Source: Desulfatiglandales bacterium (lineage in GTDB: Bacteria > Desulfobacterota > DSM-4660 > Desulfatiglandales > Desulfatiglandaceae). From it: a stretch of DNA of 24,000 bases. Location: positions 786,946 through 810,945 of the forward strand of contig OY759599.1 of the NCBI GenBank assembly GCA_963662465.1, in the 5' to 3' direction. Of the stretch, positions 15,826-24,000 are shown piece after piece (within the stretch, counting starts at the first letter, position 1; each line of letters begins with the position of its first letter). A program made the position numbers and the translations under genes. The notes beneath the pieces are model-generated. The model worked only from the letters and a program-made list of their open reading frames with translations, searched no databases and was not told the origin of the DNA.

Positions 15826-18800
15826 TTATTGAACAATCTCGTATTTTTCTTCCCGGCCGAGTTTTTCCAGAAGTTGGTTGACTTCTTCCTTCAGACCGAT
15901 CATTTTTATCTCCCTGCCCACCACCAGTCGGTTGAACTGTTCCAGCTCTTCCAGCCTCTCCTTCAGTTCCTGTTCGGCCTTCTTCAGTTCCGAGATATCG
16001 ATAAAGCTTTCCAGAAGATGTGTTTTCCCACTCAGTTTCACCCGCGTCACGGTTTTGAGTATCGGTATTTCCTGACCCGCGGCGGTAAGAAGAACCCGTT
16101 CGGCATTTTCAATTTCCTGCTCACTGTCCAGTACGGGACAGTCATTCACTGCCTTGGGACAAACAAACTCATGACAAATGTGGCCGATGATTTCCGTGCC
16201 GGGCAACCCGATCATTTGGGCCGCCAAGGGATTTACGTCAACGATGGTACGGTTTTCGGGATCAATGATGATCACACCGGTGTTGATGGCATTTAAAATC
16301 GTCTGGACACGCTGTTCGCTCTCTTTAACCGCCTTTTCCGCCTGCTTCTTTTCCGTTTCGTCTTTTGAAAAAACCGCAATAACCCAGCGATTCTCCAATT
16401 GCGTCAAAACAATTGAAAGCATAACATTCAGAATACGCCCGTCTTTTGTTTTGTGGAGGCCTTCGGTCTCAACGTGGGAATGGGTCTGAAGGACCTCCAT
16501 CAAGCCGGTAAATTTTTCTTCATTGAATTCCATATCGATCTGGGGCACATGCATGCTCATGAGCTCCTCCCGGGTGTAACCCAGTGAACTGCACGCCGCT
16601 TCATTGGCATAGATAAACATACCGGTCTCGGGATCCACCCAGAAGATCGTGAGAGCCGCTTTGTCCACCGTGGTCTGAGTGAACCGCAGGCGATCTTCCG
16701 ATTGTTTGCGGTCGCTAATATCCGTGACCATGGCAAAAGCGCCGATCCTTTCATTGTTTTCGTCATAGAGCGGCGAAACATTGTAAAGACAATTGACCTG
16801 GCTACCGTCGGGCCTGGAAAGGGCGATTTCATAGGCACTGGTAATGCCCTGTTTTCGAAGCTCAATCTGTTCCAGAAATATTTTCTTGTTCTCTTCGTCC
16901 ACAAAATCAAAGATGGTTTTGCCGATCACCTCATCTTTCTCCCTCCCCATAATATGGCACATGGCGGGGTTCTGATCGACAATTTCCTGACTGGCATTGA
17001 CCAATTGGAAACCTTCAGCGGCTGTTTCCAGAATCGTTTTGAGCTTTTTCTCACTTTCTTTCATGGCATCTTCCGCAATTTTGCGGTCAGTAAAGTCGCG
17101 CAGGCTTTCGATGGCGCCTACCGGTTTCCCGCTGGTGTCATAAAGAATGGCCGCAATACCGGAAAGGTAAGTGCCACCATCGCCCATGTGGGGATGGAAA
17201 GATTCCGACACAAGACAATTCCCTTCCTTCTTTACGCTCAGGTATTTTTTCCCCAGTTCCTCATCCCATTGTTTTACCAAATCCACCAGAATCGGGCGGC
17301 GGTCACCATAGAATGGCAAGGCGTATTCATAATCCCCTTTACCCACGATGTTTCCCTTCTTTACGCCGGTAAGTTTCTCCATGGCGCGATTCCAAAACTG
17401 CACTTTGCCCTCAACATCGATTGCAAGAATGGGATCCGGCAGAAAGTCAATGAGATCGGCCATGCGTTGTTCAGAATCTTTTATGGCCTCCTCAGCCTTC
17501 TTGCGCTCGGTGATGTCTCGCACCGTGCCAACCGCAAACCATTCTTCATCTACCTGGAAGGATGACAGCGTTACCTCAACCGGGAATTCATCGCCCTTTC
17601 GGTTGCGGGCGTTAATCTCGGTGGTGGTTCCCAGGACAGGGCCTTCCCCATTTTCGGCAAAATGTTTCAGCCCGGCGTAGATTTTCTCATGGTACACTTC
17701 GGGCGCGGCCATCTGGTGAAAATCCATCCCCATGGCCTCGGCTTCGGTGTAGCCGAAAAGCTTCTCCGCCGCGGGATTCCAGAACAGCACTTTCCCCTGT
17801 CCATCGATCATCACCAGTGCATCTTCCGCAGCTTGGCTCATGGCCTTGATTTTGCGCTCGCTTCTGATATGATCCAGTTCCGCCAGTTTCCGGCTTGTAA
17901 TATCCAGTATTAATCCGTTATAAATGAGATCCCCTTCAGCGTTACGACTGGGAGAGGCATTGAGGCGGATCCATTTGACAGCGCCTTCTTTGGAAATTAT
18001 ACGGCCCACATGATTCATGTCCGCTTCAGCCAAGAGGTCCGTTTGGACCTCTTTCTTGACCCTCTCAAAATCCTCCGGATGCCATGGAAGGCGCTCTTTC
18101 CCCCTCATCACCTGCTCCACCGGCATTCCGAAAAAGGCTTCGGCCTTTGGACTCAGGTACAGGTATTCGGGCCTGCCGTCGGCGTCAAACCGGATCTGAA
18201 TGATGGCCCCTGGTGTGGTTGCGGCAATGGTCTGGAAACGCTCCTCGGCACGCTTGCGTTGGACCATCTCCCTGGCCATGCGCCGGTTCCAGATGATGAT
18301 GATGGTCAAAATCAATCCGATAACCATGGCAACGGCAATCCCCATTTTGATCAAGAAAGCCCAGTCGGTGCGTTGGGCGAAGCGCACGTTAATCCAGCGG
18401 TTGGCGATATTTCGCTTCTCTTCTTCAGGTATGGAATTGAGGGCCTTGTCAAGGATGGTTGCCAGTTGTGGCCAGTCCTTGCGCACGCCAAAACGCAGGC
18501 TTGAACTGTAACCTGTCGAGGCGGCCACCTTGAGATCCGCAAGACCCAATTTGCTAATGGCATATACAATCGAAGCCGAGTTATCCACATAGGCCGCGGC
18601 TTGTCCTTCGGCTACCGCCTTAAGGCCCTGTTCGATATCGTCTACCAATACCAGCTTCATTTCAGGGAAATCCTGTTCCAGCATCTCCTGCACAAAATAC
18701 CCTTTGACCACCGCCACTTGGGCGTCTTTCAAACTTTTCATTTCAGCAATGAACGGTGCGTCTTTCCGGGTAACGGCAACGGTCTGAAAATCCAGATAGG

Positions 18801-20592
18801 GGCGTGTGAACTGAAGAAATTCCGCGCGCTTCGGCGATTTGGCGACACAAGGCAGAACATCCAGTTCCCCGGCTTTCACGGCATCCATGACGCCATGCCA
18901 ACTCAAACTCTTCACCGGCGTCATCTCCACATTCAGTTTCTCACTCATGAGGAACACGTAGCTGGAGGAAATCCCTTCGTACTCCCCTCCGGCACTGACG
19001 CCCTCAAAAGGCATGAAATTGGGATCCACGCCCAGGCGGATATGAGGATGTTTTTTGAGCCACTCCTTTTCCTCGAAGGTCAGCACCATGGGGCGGGCTT
19101 TTCCGGAATACTGGCGCAAGTCGGGATTTGAAACCCAGCGCCCTTCGACATCCCGTATTTCCTTTTCCGTAATTTCGTCAAAACCACTGTTTATGGATTT
19201 AAGTCGGAACCCATCTTCCTTTAAAACAGCGGCAAAAAGATTTCGAATCGGGGTGGTTTCCCTGGAAACCCGAATCTCCCCCTGCAATCCCATGTCTTCA
19301 ATAGCCCGCTGCAATGTAATCCCAACATCATATATGGCGATGACATCACCGTCCTGCAGGCCGGTAAGGAGTTCTGGGTATCCCTCATAAGGGATGCGAA
19401 CAATTTCCGGATACTGCTCACGAAGCTGACTCTCCTCCCCCGACCCGGCAATCACACCGACGCGAGCGCCGGAGAGTTCAGCAAGCATCATGGGTTTCCT
19501 GCTTGTTTTAAAGGCCAGGCTGTCCTGCACGTCAAAGATGGGGACTGAGAAGGAAAGAAACGTTTCGCGTTTCGGGGTTTTGTACAGACCCGAGTGAAAA
19601 TCGGCTCTTCCATCTTTGACCATCTGAAGTGTTTCTTCCCAGTCTCCGAAAACAAACTCGATTTTACGAAAGTTCTTTGAGGACCACAAACGCCAGAGAT
19701 CCACCAGGATTCCCGCAGCCTTGCCCGAAGGGGTCAGCATGGTAAAGGGCGGGTAGTACCGATCGCAGGCAATGGTTAATACCCCTTTGGGTTTGATTAT
19801 TTTTGAACCGATCCAGCGCCGTTCGATCTGCACCTTTTCTTCCGGGGAGATCTTGTCAAAACATGACTTTATGACAGGCGGCAAAACCGTATCGCCTTTT
19901 TTTACCGCGGCCTGAAAGGCATTGGTATAAAGAGGCTTGTCCGAAAAATAACGAAAGTTTGAAAGGAGTTGTATTTTCTTGAGGAAGTAAAGGCCGACGG
20001 GGGTATCTATGACGAATACCCGGATTTCCCCCTTTTTAACGGCCTTGAACAGATCTCCATTGTTGACATATTCGGCGAGAGCGGCCCCGGGCAGATTAGT
20101 GCGCAGATAGTCCACTGCAAAATCTCCCTTGATGACGCCGATGCGAAACCCCAGCAGATCTTTCAGGGTTTTAATGCCATAAATGTCTTTGTGGAAAAAG
20201 AAATGGGTATCCGCTTTGATGAGGGGGGCAACATAGTCCAGGTAGGTTGCTCTTTGCTCCGAATAGAAACAGCCGCCCTGAACGTCCACTTTCCCCTCTT
20301 TGGTGAGCTTCAGGGTTTCACCAAAAGGCGCCAGGACGAAGTTGATCTTGATACCGCTTTTTTGGGACCACAACTGCCAGAGATCCACCAGCCACCCGTC
20401 AGCGACCCCTTTCGCGTCTCGGAAATAGAACGGGGCAGTGTCCTGTGCCACCGCCACAGTGATTTCTTTGATATCTTGAGAGCCTTCCTTTGCCGCAGCC
20501 ACAATCGGCATGCCTAAAACAGTCAGAAAAAATCCCAGACAAAACAACCAGGACCCGAAAACTCCGGCAATGCTCCTTTTAAAACACGGCAT
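15826..20592 (-). CDS. Giant membrane sensor: signal/TM, 3 periplasmic SBP_bac_3-type domains, TM, 6 PAS domains, C-terminal coiled coil; no recognisable output domain
   Basis: 1588 aa from ATG 20592 (AGGGG RBS); the track's TTG at 20616 is 8 codons upstream. Each solute-binding domain ends in an RW(I/V) junction. The TM helix is 'AFLIKMGIAVAMVIGLILTIIIIW'. PAS linkers are 'DITSRKLAE', 'DITERKKAEE', 'DFTDRKIAED', 'DISDRKQSED' and 'DISELKKAEQE'. It ends '...FNRLVVGREIKMIGLKEEVNQLLEKLGREEKYEIVQ'. Confidence 0.85.
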   Translation of the reverse strand: MPCFKRSIAGVFGSWLFCLGFFLTVLGMPIVAAAKEGSQDIKEITVAVAQDTAPFYFRDAKGVADGWLVDLWQLWSQKSGIKINFVLAPFGETLKLTKEGKVDVQGGCFYSEQRATYLDYVAPLIKADTHFFFHKDIYGIKTLKDLLGFRIGVIKGDFAVDYLRTNLPGAALAEYVNNGDLFKAVKKGEIRVFVIDTPVGLYFLKKIQLLSNFRYFSDKPLYTNAFQAAVKKGDTVLPPVIKSCFDKISPEEKVQIERRWIGSKIIKPKGVLTIACDRYYPPFTMLTPSGKAAGILVDLWRLWSSKNFRKIEFVFGDWEETLQMVKDGRADFHSGLYKTPKRETFLSFSVPIFDVQDSLAFKTSRKPMMLAELSGARVGVIAGSGEESQLREQYPEIVRIPYEGYPELLTGLQDGDVIAIYDVGITLQRAIEDMGLQGEIRVSRETTPIRNLFAAVLKEDGFRLKSINSGFDEITEKEIRDVEGRWVSNPDLRQYSGKARPMVLTFEEKEWLKKHPHIRLGVDPNFMPFEGVSAGGEYEGISSSYVFLMSEKLNVEMTPVKSLSWHGVMDAVKAGELDVLPCVAKSPKRAEFLQFTRPYLDFQTVAVTRKDAPFIAEMKSLKDAQVAVVKGYFVQEMLEQDFPEMKLVLVDDIEQGLKAVAEGQAAAYVDNSASIVYAISKLGLADLKVAASTGYSSSLRFGVRKDWPQLATILDKALNSIPEEEKRNIANRWINVRFAQRTDWAFLIKMGIAVAMVIGLILTIIIIWNRRMAREMVQRKRAEERFQTIAATTPGAIIQIRFDADGRPEYLYLSPKAEAFFGMPVEQVMRGKERLPWHPEDFERVKKEVQTDLLAEADMNHVGRIISKEGAVKWIRLNASPSRNAEGDLIYNGLILDITSRKLAELDHIRSERKIKAMSQAAEDALVMIDGQGKVLFWNPAAEKLFGYTEAEAMGMDFHQMAAPEVYHEKIYAGLKHFAENGEGPVLGTTTEINARNRKGDEFPVEVTLSSFQVDEEWFAVGTVRDITERKKAEEAIKDSEQRMADLIDFLPDPILAIDVEGKVQFWNRAMEKLTGVKKGNIVGKGDYEYALPFYGDRRPILVDLVKQWDEELGKKYLSVKKEGNCLVSESFHPHMGDGGTYLSGIAAILYDTSGKPVGAIESLRDFTDRKIAEDAMKESEKKLKTILETAAEGFQLVNASQEIVDQNPAMCHIMGREKDEVIGKTIFDFVDEENKKIFLEQIELRKQGITSAYEIALSRPDGSQVNCLYNVSPLYDENNERIGAFAMVTDISDRKQSEDRLRFTQTTVDKAALTIFWVDPETGMFIYANEAACSSLGYTREELMSMHVPQIDMEFNEEKFTGLMEVLQTHSHVETEGLHKTKDGRILNVMLSIVLTQLENRWVIAVFSKDETEKKQAEKAVKESEQRVQTILNAINTGVIIIDPENRTIVDVNPLAAQMIGLPGTEIIGHICHEFVCPKAVNDCPVLDSEQEIENAERVLLTAAGQEIPILKTVTRVKLSGKTHLLESFIDISELKKAEQELKERLEELEQFNRLVVGREIKMIGLKEEVNQLLEKLGREEKYEIVQ

Positions 20593-20675
20593 TTGCGTTA
20601 CCCCTTGTAATTTCAATGTTTTTTTCTAAATATCCTCTGGGAAACATGAACTTTAAAACATTCTCATTCCCCTGT

Positions 20676-23030
20676 TTATTCCTTTAATTTTTTCTGAAGA
20701 CCTTCCACCAGGGGCAGAGCCTCTTTAAATTTGTATTTGTTGATGAACCTTTCCAGATCTGCCATCTCCACGCCTACCGCCGCCGGCCAGGGCACCTTTT
20801 TGATCTCCGCCATGGCCTCCTTGCACGGTTTCGGCTTACGGGTTTTCAGATGGGGAATCAATTCTTCCAGGGCGGCTGCAAGCGCTTCAGGATCGACTTC
20901 CCCCCCAGCCTTTTGGGCCATATCGGCCGGTTTGGGTTCCTCGCCCAAAACCCCGAGCGCTGCCACAACATCTTTCAACACACCTCCGAAAGCGGAAATC
21001 CGTTCATCATCGGTATCGGAAAGCCCTGCTTTGATGGCGGACTCCAGCGCCGCTGCCGCCGCCTGTAACGGCCCCGCCCCCACGTTGCCGGCCACCCCTT
21101 TGATGCTGTGGGCCAGACGTTCCGCTGCTTCCCCTTTTTCGGCCTTCAGCAGATCTTTGAGTTCCTGTTCGGTATCGGCATAGTCATCCCGAAGCTTTAT
21201 GAGCAGTTTGCGGTAAAGCTTTTTATTTCCGCCCACGCGCATAACCCCTTCCTTGATATTGATGCCGTTTACGACATCCGGAAGATGATCTTCAGCCACG
21301 GCGGCGGAAGGTTCAACAGCCGGTAAAGGGATATCAGTCCTGGGTTCGAATCCCCGCACACCCGGTTTGATCCACTGGGCCAGGCAGGAGAACAGCTGGT
21401 TCAGATCGATGGGTTTGGCTACGTGGTCGTTCATGCCGGCATCAACCGCCTTTTCACGGTCTCCCGCCATGGCGTTGGCCGTCATGGCGATGATGGGAAT
21501 GGGGATTGCGGATTGCGGATTGCGGATTTTCTCTTCCCCTTCCCATTTGCGGATTTCGCCGGTAGCCGTGTACCCGTCCATGACCGGCATCTGAATATCC
21601 ATTAAGACCGCATGGTAGTTGTTGTCCGCCTGCACCGCTTCCAAAGCTTGCTTTCCGTTACTAACGGTAGTGACCCTGAGGCCTGACCCACCAAGAATTT
21701 CCTCGGCCACCTGCTGGTTGATTTCGTTGTCTTCCGCCAGCAGCACGTGGGCGCCTCTGATTTTTTCCGCTCCTTCCGGTTCACTCGAATGTTTCCTGCC
21801 GCGTCTTTTGGAAGCATCCAGTTTGCCAAAGGCGGCCATGGTGGCGTCCAGCAGCGTCGAAGGGGTGAGCGGTTTGATGAGGAAACCGTCCAGTCCCATT
21901 TGATCGGCCCGGGTCATGATCTCTTCCCGGCCAAAGGCGGTCACCATGATGATTTTGGGAATCTTGGCAAGGCCTGCATGGTTCCTGATTTTTTCAGACA
22001 CCGTAAACCCGTCCATTCCGGGCATTTTCCAATCCATAAGCACCAGTTCAAAGGGATCTTCCTTATCTGCTTTTTCCAGTTCCCTGAGCCCTTCTTCCCC
22101 ACCGGGGACAAGGGTCGCTCTAAAGGACATGGCAGCCAGCATTCCTTCCAGAATGTCGCGGCTGGTTTGGTTGTCGTCCACCACCAGCACTTTGAGGTTC
22201 CTGAGATCCGGGTCGGGCACGAGAGCGGGCTTTTCATCCCCTTTTCCAAGGCCGAAAAGAGCGGTGAAGATGAATTCGCTGCCCACTCCGGGTTCGCTTT
22301 CCACCCAGATCTCTCCCCCCATCATCTCCACCAGCCGCTTGCTGATGGTGAGCCCCAGACCGGTTCCGCCGTATTTCCGGGTGGTGGAGGCATCGGCCTG
22401 GCTGAAGGCCTGAAACAGTTTGCCCCGCTGTTCCTCGGTAAGTCCTATCCCCGTATCCCGGACGCCGAACCGCACCCTTACCTGATCTGGGGGCATCTGA
22501 TCCTTGGTTTTCTCCTCCAGGGTGGCGGAGATGACGATCTCTCCTTTTTCCGTGAATTTGACGGCATTGTTACTGAGGTTCACCAGCACCTGGCCCAGGC
22601 GAAGGGGGTCCCCAAGAAGGTTATTGGGGAGTTTCCGGTCCACCTTCAACAGCAGTTGCAGTTCCTTTTCCTGGGACTTCACACCCACCAGGTTGGCCAC
22701 ATTGTCCAGGGCATCATCCAGCTTGAAATTGATGGTTTCCATGTCCATCTTGCCCGCTTCGATCTTGCTGAAATCTAAGATGTCGTTGATGATGCCCAAG
22801 AGCGCCTTGGCGCTGGACTGTATTTTCACCAGGTAGTCTTGCTGCTTGGGGTTCAACTCCGTTTTTAGGGCCAGGTGGCTCATGCCGATGACGGCGTTCA
22901 TGGGGGTCCGGATCTCGTGGCTCATGTTGGCCAGAAAATCGCTTTTGGCCTTGGTGGCCTCTTCGGCTTTCTGTTTCTCCTCGTCCAGGTCCTGCATCAT
23001 GTTCAGCATGGCACGCCTCGCATCCGCCAA
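20676..23030 (-). repeat. Paralogous ~2.35-kb segment (HK2 catalytic core + REC-REC-Hpt), direct repeat of 10621-12960
   Basis: See 10621-12960. Homology ends at the codons for 'LA(E/D)[43 protein letters not shown]'. The N-terminal sensor parts are unrelated. Confidence 0.85.
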
Positions 23031-23468
23031 CTTTTCAATCTGAGCCTGCATGGAATCCTCGGACTCCCTGCTTTTGGCGAAAGCGGCTTCCAACTGCTCG
23101 GCCATACTGTTAAAGGCCTCTGAAAAATCCCCCATGAAATCGACCTTGTGACTGAAATCCCCTTTGGCGATCTGCTGAGTGGTCCAGGTCAGGTGGCGCA
23201 GACTTCCCTGGAGGTTTTTCAGGTTACCCATCAGGGCGCTGTTGCTTCGAGGCGGTTGGTATTCGACATCGCCGCCGGACAGTGCCTGGGCCAGATCGGC
23301 AGTGGCGGCGTAATCCGTGAGGAATTTGTTGATGTAGCCAACCGCCTGCCGAATCTCGTTGTCAGGAAAATCGTCGGGCAAAAGGATAGGGCCGGGCTTC
23401 TTACCTTTCATGATCAGATAGAAGACCTCACTGATCTTGTCAATGATCTCTTCCTTGACTTCCAGCAT
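20676..23468 (-). CDS. Soluble hybrid histidine kinase HK2: unknown N-domain + HAMP-like segment, coiled coil, HisKA, HATPase, REC, REC, Hpt; paralogue of HK1
   Basis: It has the same catalytic, REC and Hpt motifs as HK1, at roughly 80% aa identity over the C-terminal ~780 aa by eye. The N-terminus is distinct, with '[32 protein letters not shown]' (HAMP-like). The preferred start, ATG 23468, lies 4 nt after the V4R stop with GAGGG upstream. The track start at 23513 would overlap V4R by 41 nt. Confidence 0.9.
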   Translation of the reverse strand: MLEVKEEIIDKISEVFYLIMKGKKPGPILLPDDFPDNEIRQAVGYINKFLTDYAATADLAQALSGGDVEYQPPRSNSALMGNLKNLQGSLRHLTWTTQQIAKGDFSHKVDFMGDFSEAFNSMAEQLEAAFAKSRESEDSMQAQIEKLADARRAMLNMMQDLDEEKQKAEEATKAKSDFLANMSHEIRTPMNAVIGMSHLALKTELNPKQQDYLVKIQSSAKALLGIINDILDFSKIEAGKMDMETINFKLDDALDNVANLVGVKSQEKELQLLLKVDRKLPNNLLGDPLRLGQVLVNLSNNAVKFTEKGEIVISATLEEKTKDQMPPDQVRVRFGVRDTGIGLTEEQRGKLFQAFSQADASTTRKYGGTGLGLTISKRLVEMMGGEIWVESEPGVGSEFIFTALFGLGKGDEKPALVPDPDLRNLKVLVVDDNQTSRDILEGMLAAMSFRATLVPGGEEGLRELEKADKEDPFELVLMDWKMPGMDGFTVSEKIRNHAGLAKIPKIIMVTAFGREEIMTRADQMGLDGFLIKPLTPSTLLDATMAAFGKLDASKRRGRKHSSEPEGAEKIRGAHVLLAEDNEINQQVAEEILGGSGLRVTTVSNGKQALEAVQADNNYHAVLMDIQMPVMDGYTATGEIRKWEGEEKIRNPQSAIPIPIIAMTANAMAGDREKAVDAGMNDHVAKPIDLNQLFSCLAQWIKPGVRGFEPRTDIPLPAVEPSAAVAEDHLPDVVNGINIKEGVMRVGGNKKLYRKLLIKLRDDYADTEQELKDLLKAEKGEAAERLAHSIKGVAGNVGAGPLQAAAAALESAIKAGLSDTDDERISAFGGVLKDVVAALGVLGEEPKPADMAQKAGGEVDPEALAAALEELIPHLKTRKPKPCKEAMAEIKKVPWPAAVGVEMADLERFINKYKFKEALPLVEGLQKKLKE
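21503..21528. repeat. Tandem heptanucleotide repeat (GGATTGC)x3 + GGATT inside the HK2 coding region (REC2 loop)
   Basis: Read directly: ggattgc ggattgc ggattgc ggatt. On the coding strand this is AATCC(GCAATCC)x3, encoding ...IRNPQSAIP.... It is absent from the HK1 paralogue. Confidence 0.9.
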
Positions 23469-23472
23469 GTAT

Positions 23473-24000
23473 TTATGCCCTCGGCTTGATGTCAAAACGG
23501 CAGACGCGGTCACCGGTGCACCAGCAGTCGATCTCCTTCACATCAAACTCTTTGCCCGTAAATTCCAGGAACAGGCCGTTGATAAACCCCTCATCGTAAG
23601 TACAGATGCTTTCATCAGTGATGGGCAGCCCGGAACAATCCAGATCCTCCGCCACCGTCAGGATAAAGTGCATGTTCTCCATGTCGGCTTTTTCAACGCG
23701 CAGAATACCGATGCTCAAATCGGACAACAGCCTTTGTACCTCTTCAACAAATGCATTGAAGTCAGACTTCTGCGTCACCAGATTCTTGAAAAACTGGCGG
23801 CCCGCGGACTGCCCGGCTTCGTAATAAATGCGGTCGGCGGCCTCGGGGCCATAATGCTTGATCAGTACGTCGCGCAGGGTAAATTGCATGAGGCGGTAGA
23901 CCGCCACGCTCATGGTGTTCCCCAGGTTGGGCCGACCTTCGGCGATATCGCCCAGCATACTCCAATCAAATTGCAGTTCATCCCGCTCTTCCTTAAACAT
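23473..24000 (-). CDS. Stand-alone V4R (4-vinyl-reductase / XylR-DmpR-type ligand-binding) domain protein
   Basis: 175 aa, with an ATG exactly at the window edge, so the true start cannot be confirmed. The V4R-type C-terminal pattern is '[39 protein letters not shown]'. The size is typical of single-domain V4R proteins. Confidence 0.7.
   Translation of the reverse strand: MFKEERDELQFDWSMLGDIAEGRPNLGNTMSVAVYRLMQFTLRDVLIKHYGPEAADRIYYEAGQSAGRQFFKNLVTQKSDFNAFVEEVQRLLSDLSIGILRVEKADMENMHFILTVAEDLDCSGLPITDESICTYDEGFINGLFLEFTGKEFDVKEIDCWCTGDRVCRFDIKPRA

Noticed and set aside
20617-20675. Possible promoter, or a REC-gene relic downstream of HK2 analogous to the relic at 9384-9440
   Set aside because: The 59-nt spacer shows no convincing -35/-10 or sigma-54 (TGGCAC-N5-TTGC) match. 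It also shows no similarity to the MKELSDC regulator start.
21747-22778. Long antisense ORFs opposite the signalling genes (for example 21747-22778 +, 16702-17565 +, 8363-9166 +, 18601-19131 +, 13945-14538 +, 10391-10957 +) and opposite the BREX genes (598-1083 -, 1900-2541 -, 3226-3792 -)
   Set aside because: They lie entirely within strongly supported genes on the other strand. Their translations are low-complexity and rich in G/R/P/H. They lack RBSs and recognisable motifs. These are the typical shadow ORFs of GC-rich coding DNA.
1-24000. Search for a CRISPR array, tRNA/rRNA, IS elements, integrase or terminal inverted repeats
   Set aside because: No regularly spaced direct repeats, no cloverleaf-like segments in the intergenic regions, and no transposase or integrase-like ORFs were seen. 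The only tandem repeat is the 7-mer in HK2. The only large repeats are the paralogous kinase and REC segments.

Overview
The window has three parts. No rRNA, tRNA, CRISPR array, transposase or integrase was recognised. All family calls are by-eye motif and architecture recognition, with no database search. (1) 1-3783 (+) is the 3' end of a type-1-style BREX phage-defence locus. It holds the C-terminal ~577 codons of pglZ, whose frame is open to the window edge, and a complete brxL joined to it by a TAATG stop/start overlap. (2) 3784-8278 is a visibly more AT-rich mosaic of small accessory cassettes: a 91-codon membrane ORF that looks like the 5' stump of a sensor gene; an AbiEii-type nucleotidyltransferase toxin with a short overlapping upstream partner; a Cys-rich zinc-ribbon plus TPR protein; a secreted type II L-asparaginase (minus strand, GC-richer); and an AbrB-fold / RelE-ParE-like pair with an inverted-repeat operator. 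(3) 8279-24000 is one uninterrupted minus-strand signalling array with very tight gene spacing. Its order is: V4R sensor protein, soluble hybrid histidine kinase (HK2), a 1588-aa membrane protein with three periplasmic solute-binding domains and six PAS domains but no output domain, a full stressosome set (RsbR PAS-STAS, RsbS, RsbT, RsbX), a second hybrid kinase (HK1, a paralogue of HK2 with a different N-terminus, ATGA-coupled to rsbX), a REC protein with a degenerate HD-GYP domain, and a REC protein with an intact HD-GYP domain. The best candidate for an undescribed system is this stressosome-centred array: an RsbRSTX module apparently fed by a giant output-less extracytoplasmic/PAS sensor and read out through an RpfC/RpfG-like phosphorelay to c-di-GMP hydrolysis rather than a sigma factor. 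It also has several unusual details. The canonical RsbS phospho-serine is an alanine. HK1 carries a possible RsbT-like pseudo-kinase domain. A decayed copy of the kinase tail lies between the two regulator genes. HK2 contains a heptanucleotide tandem repeat inside its coding sequence. The multi-PAS style and composition are reminiscent of sulfate-reducing deltaproteobacteria, but that is only a guess.
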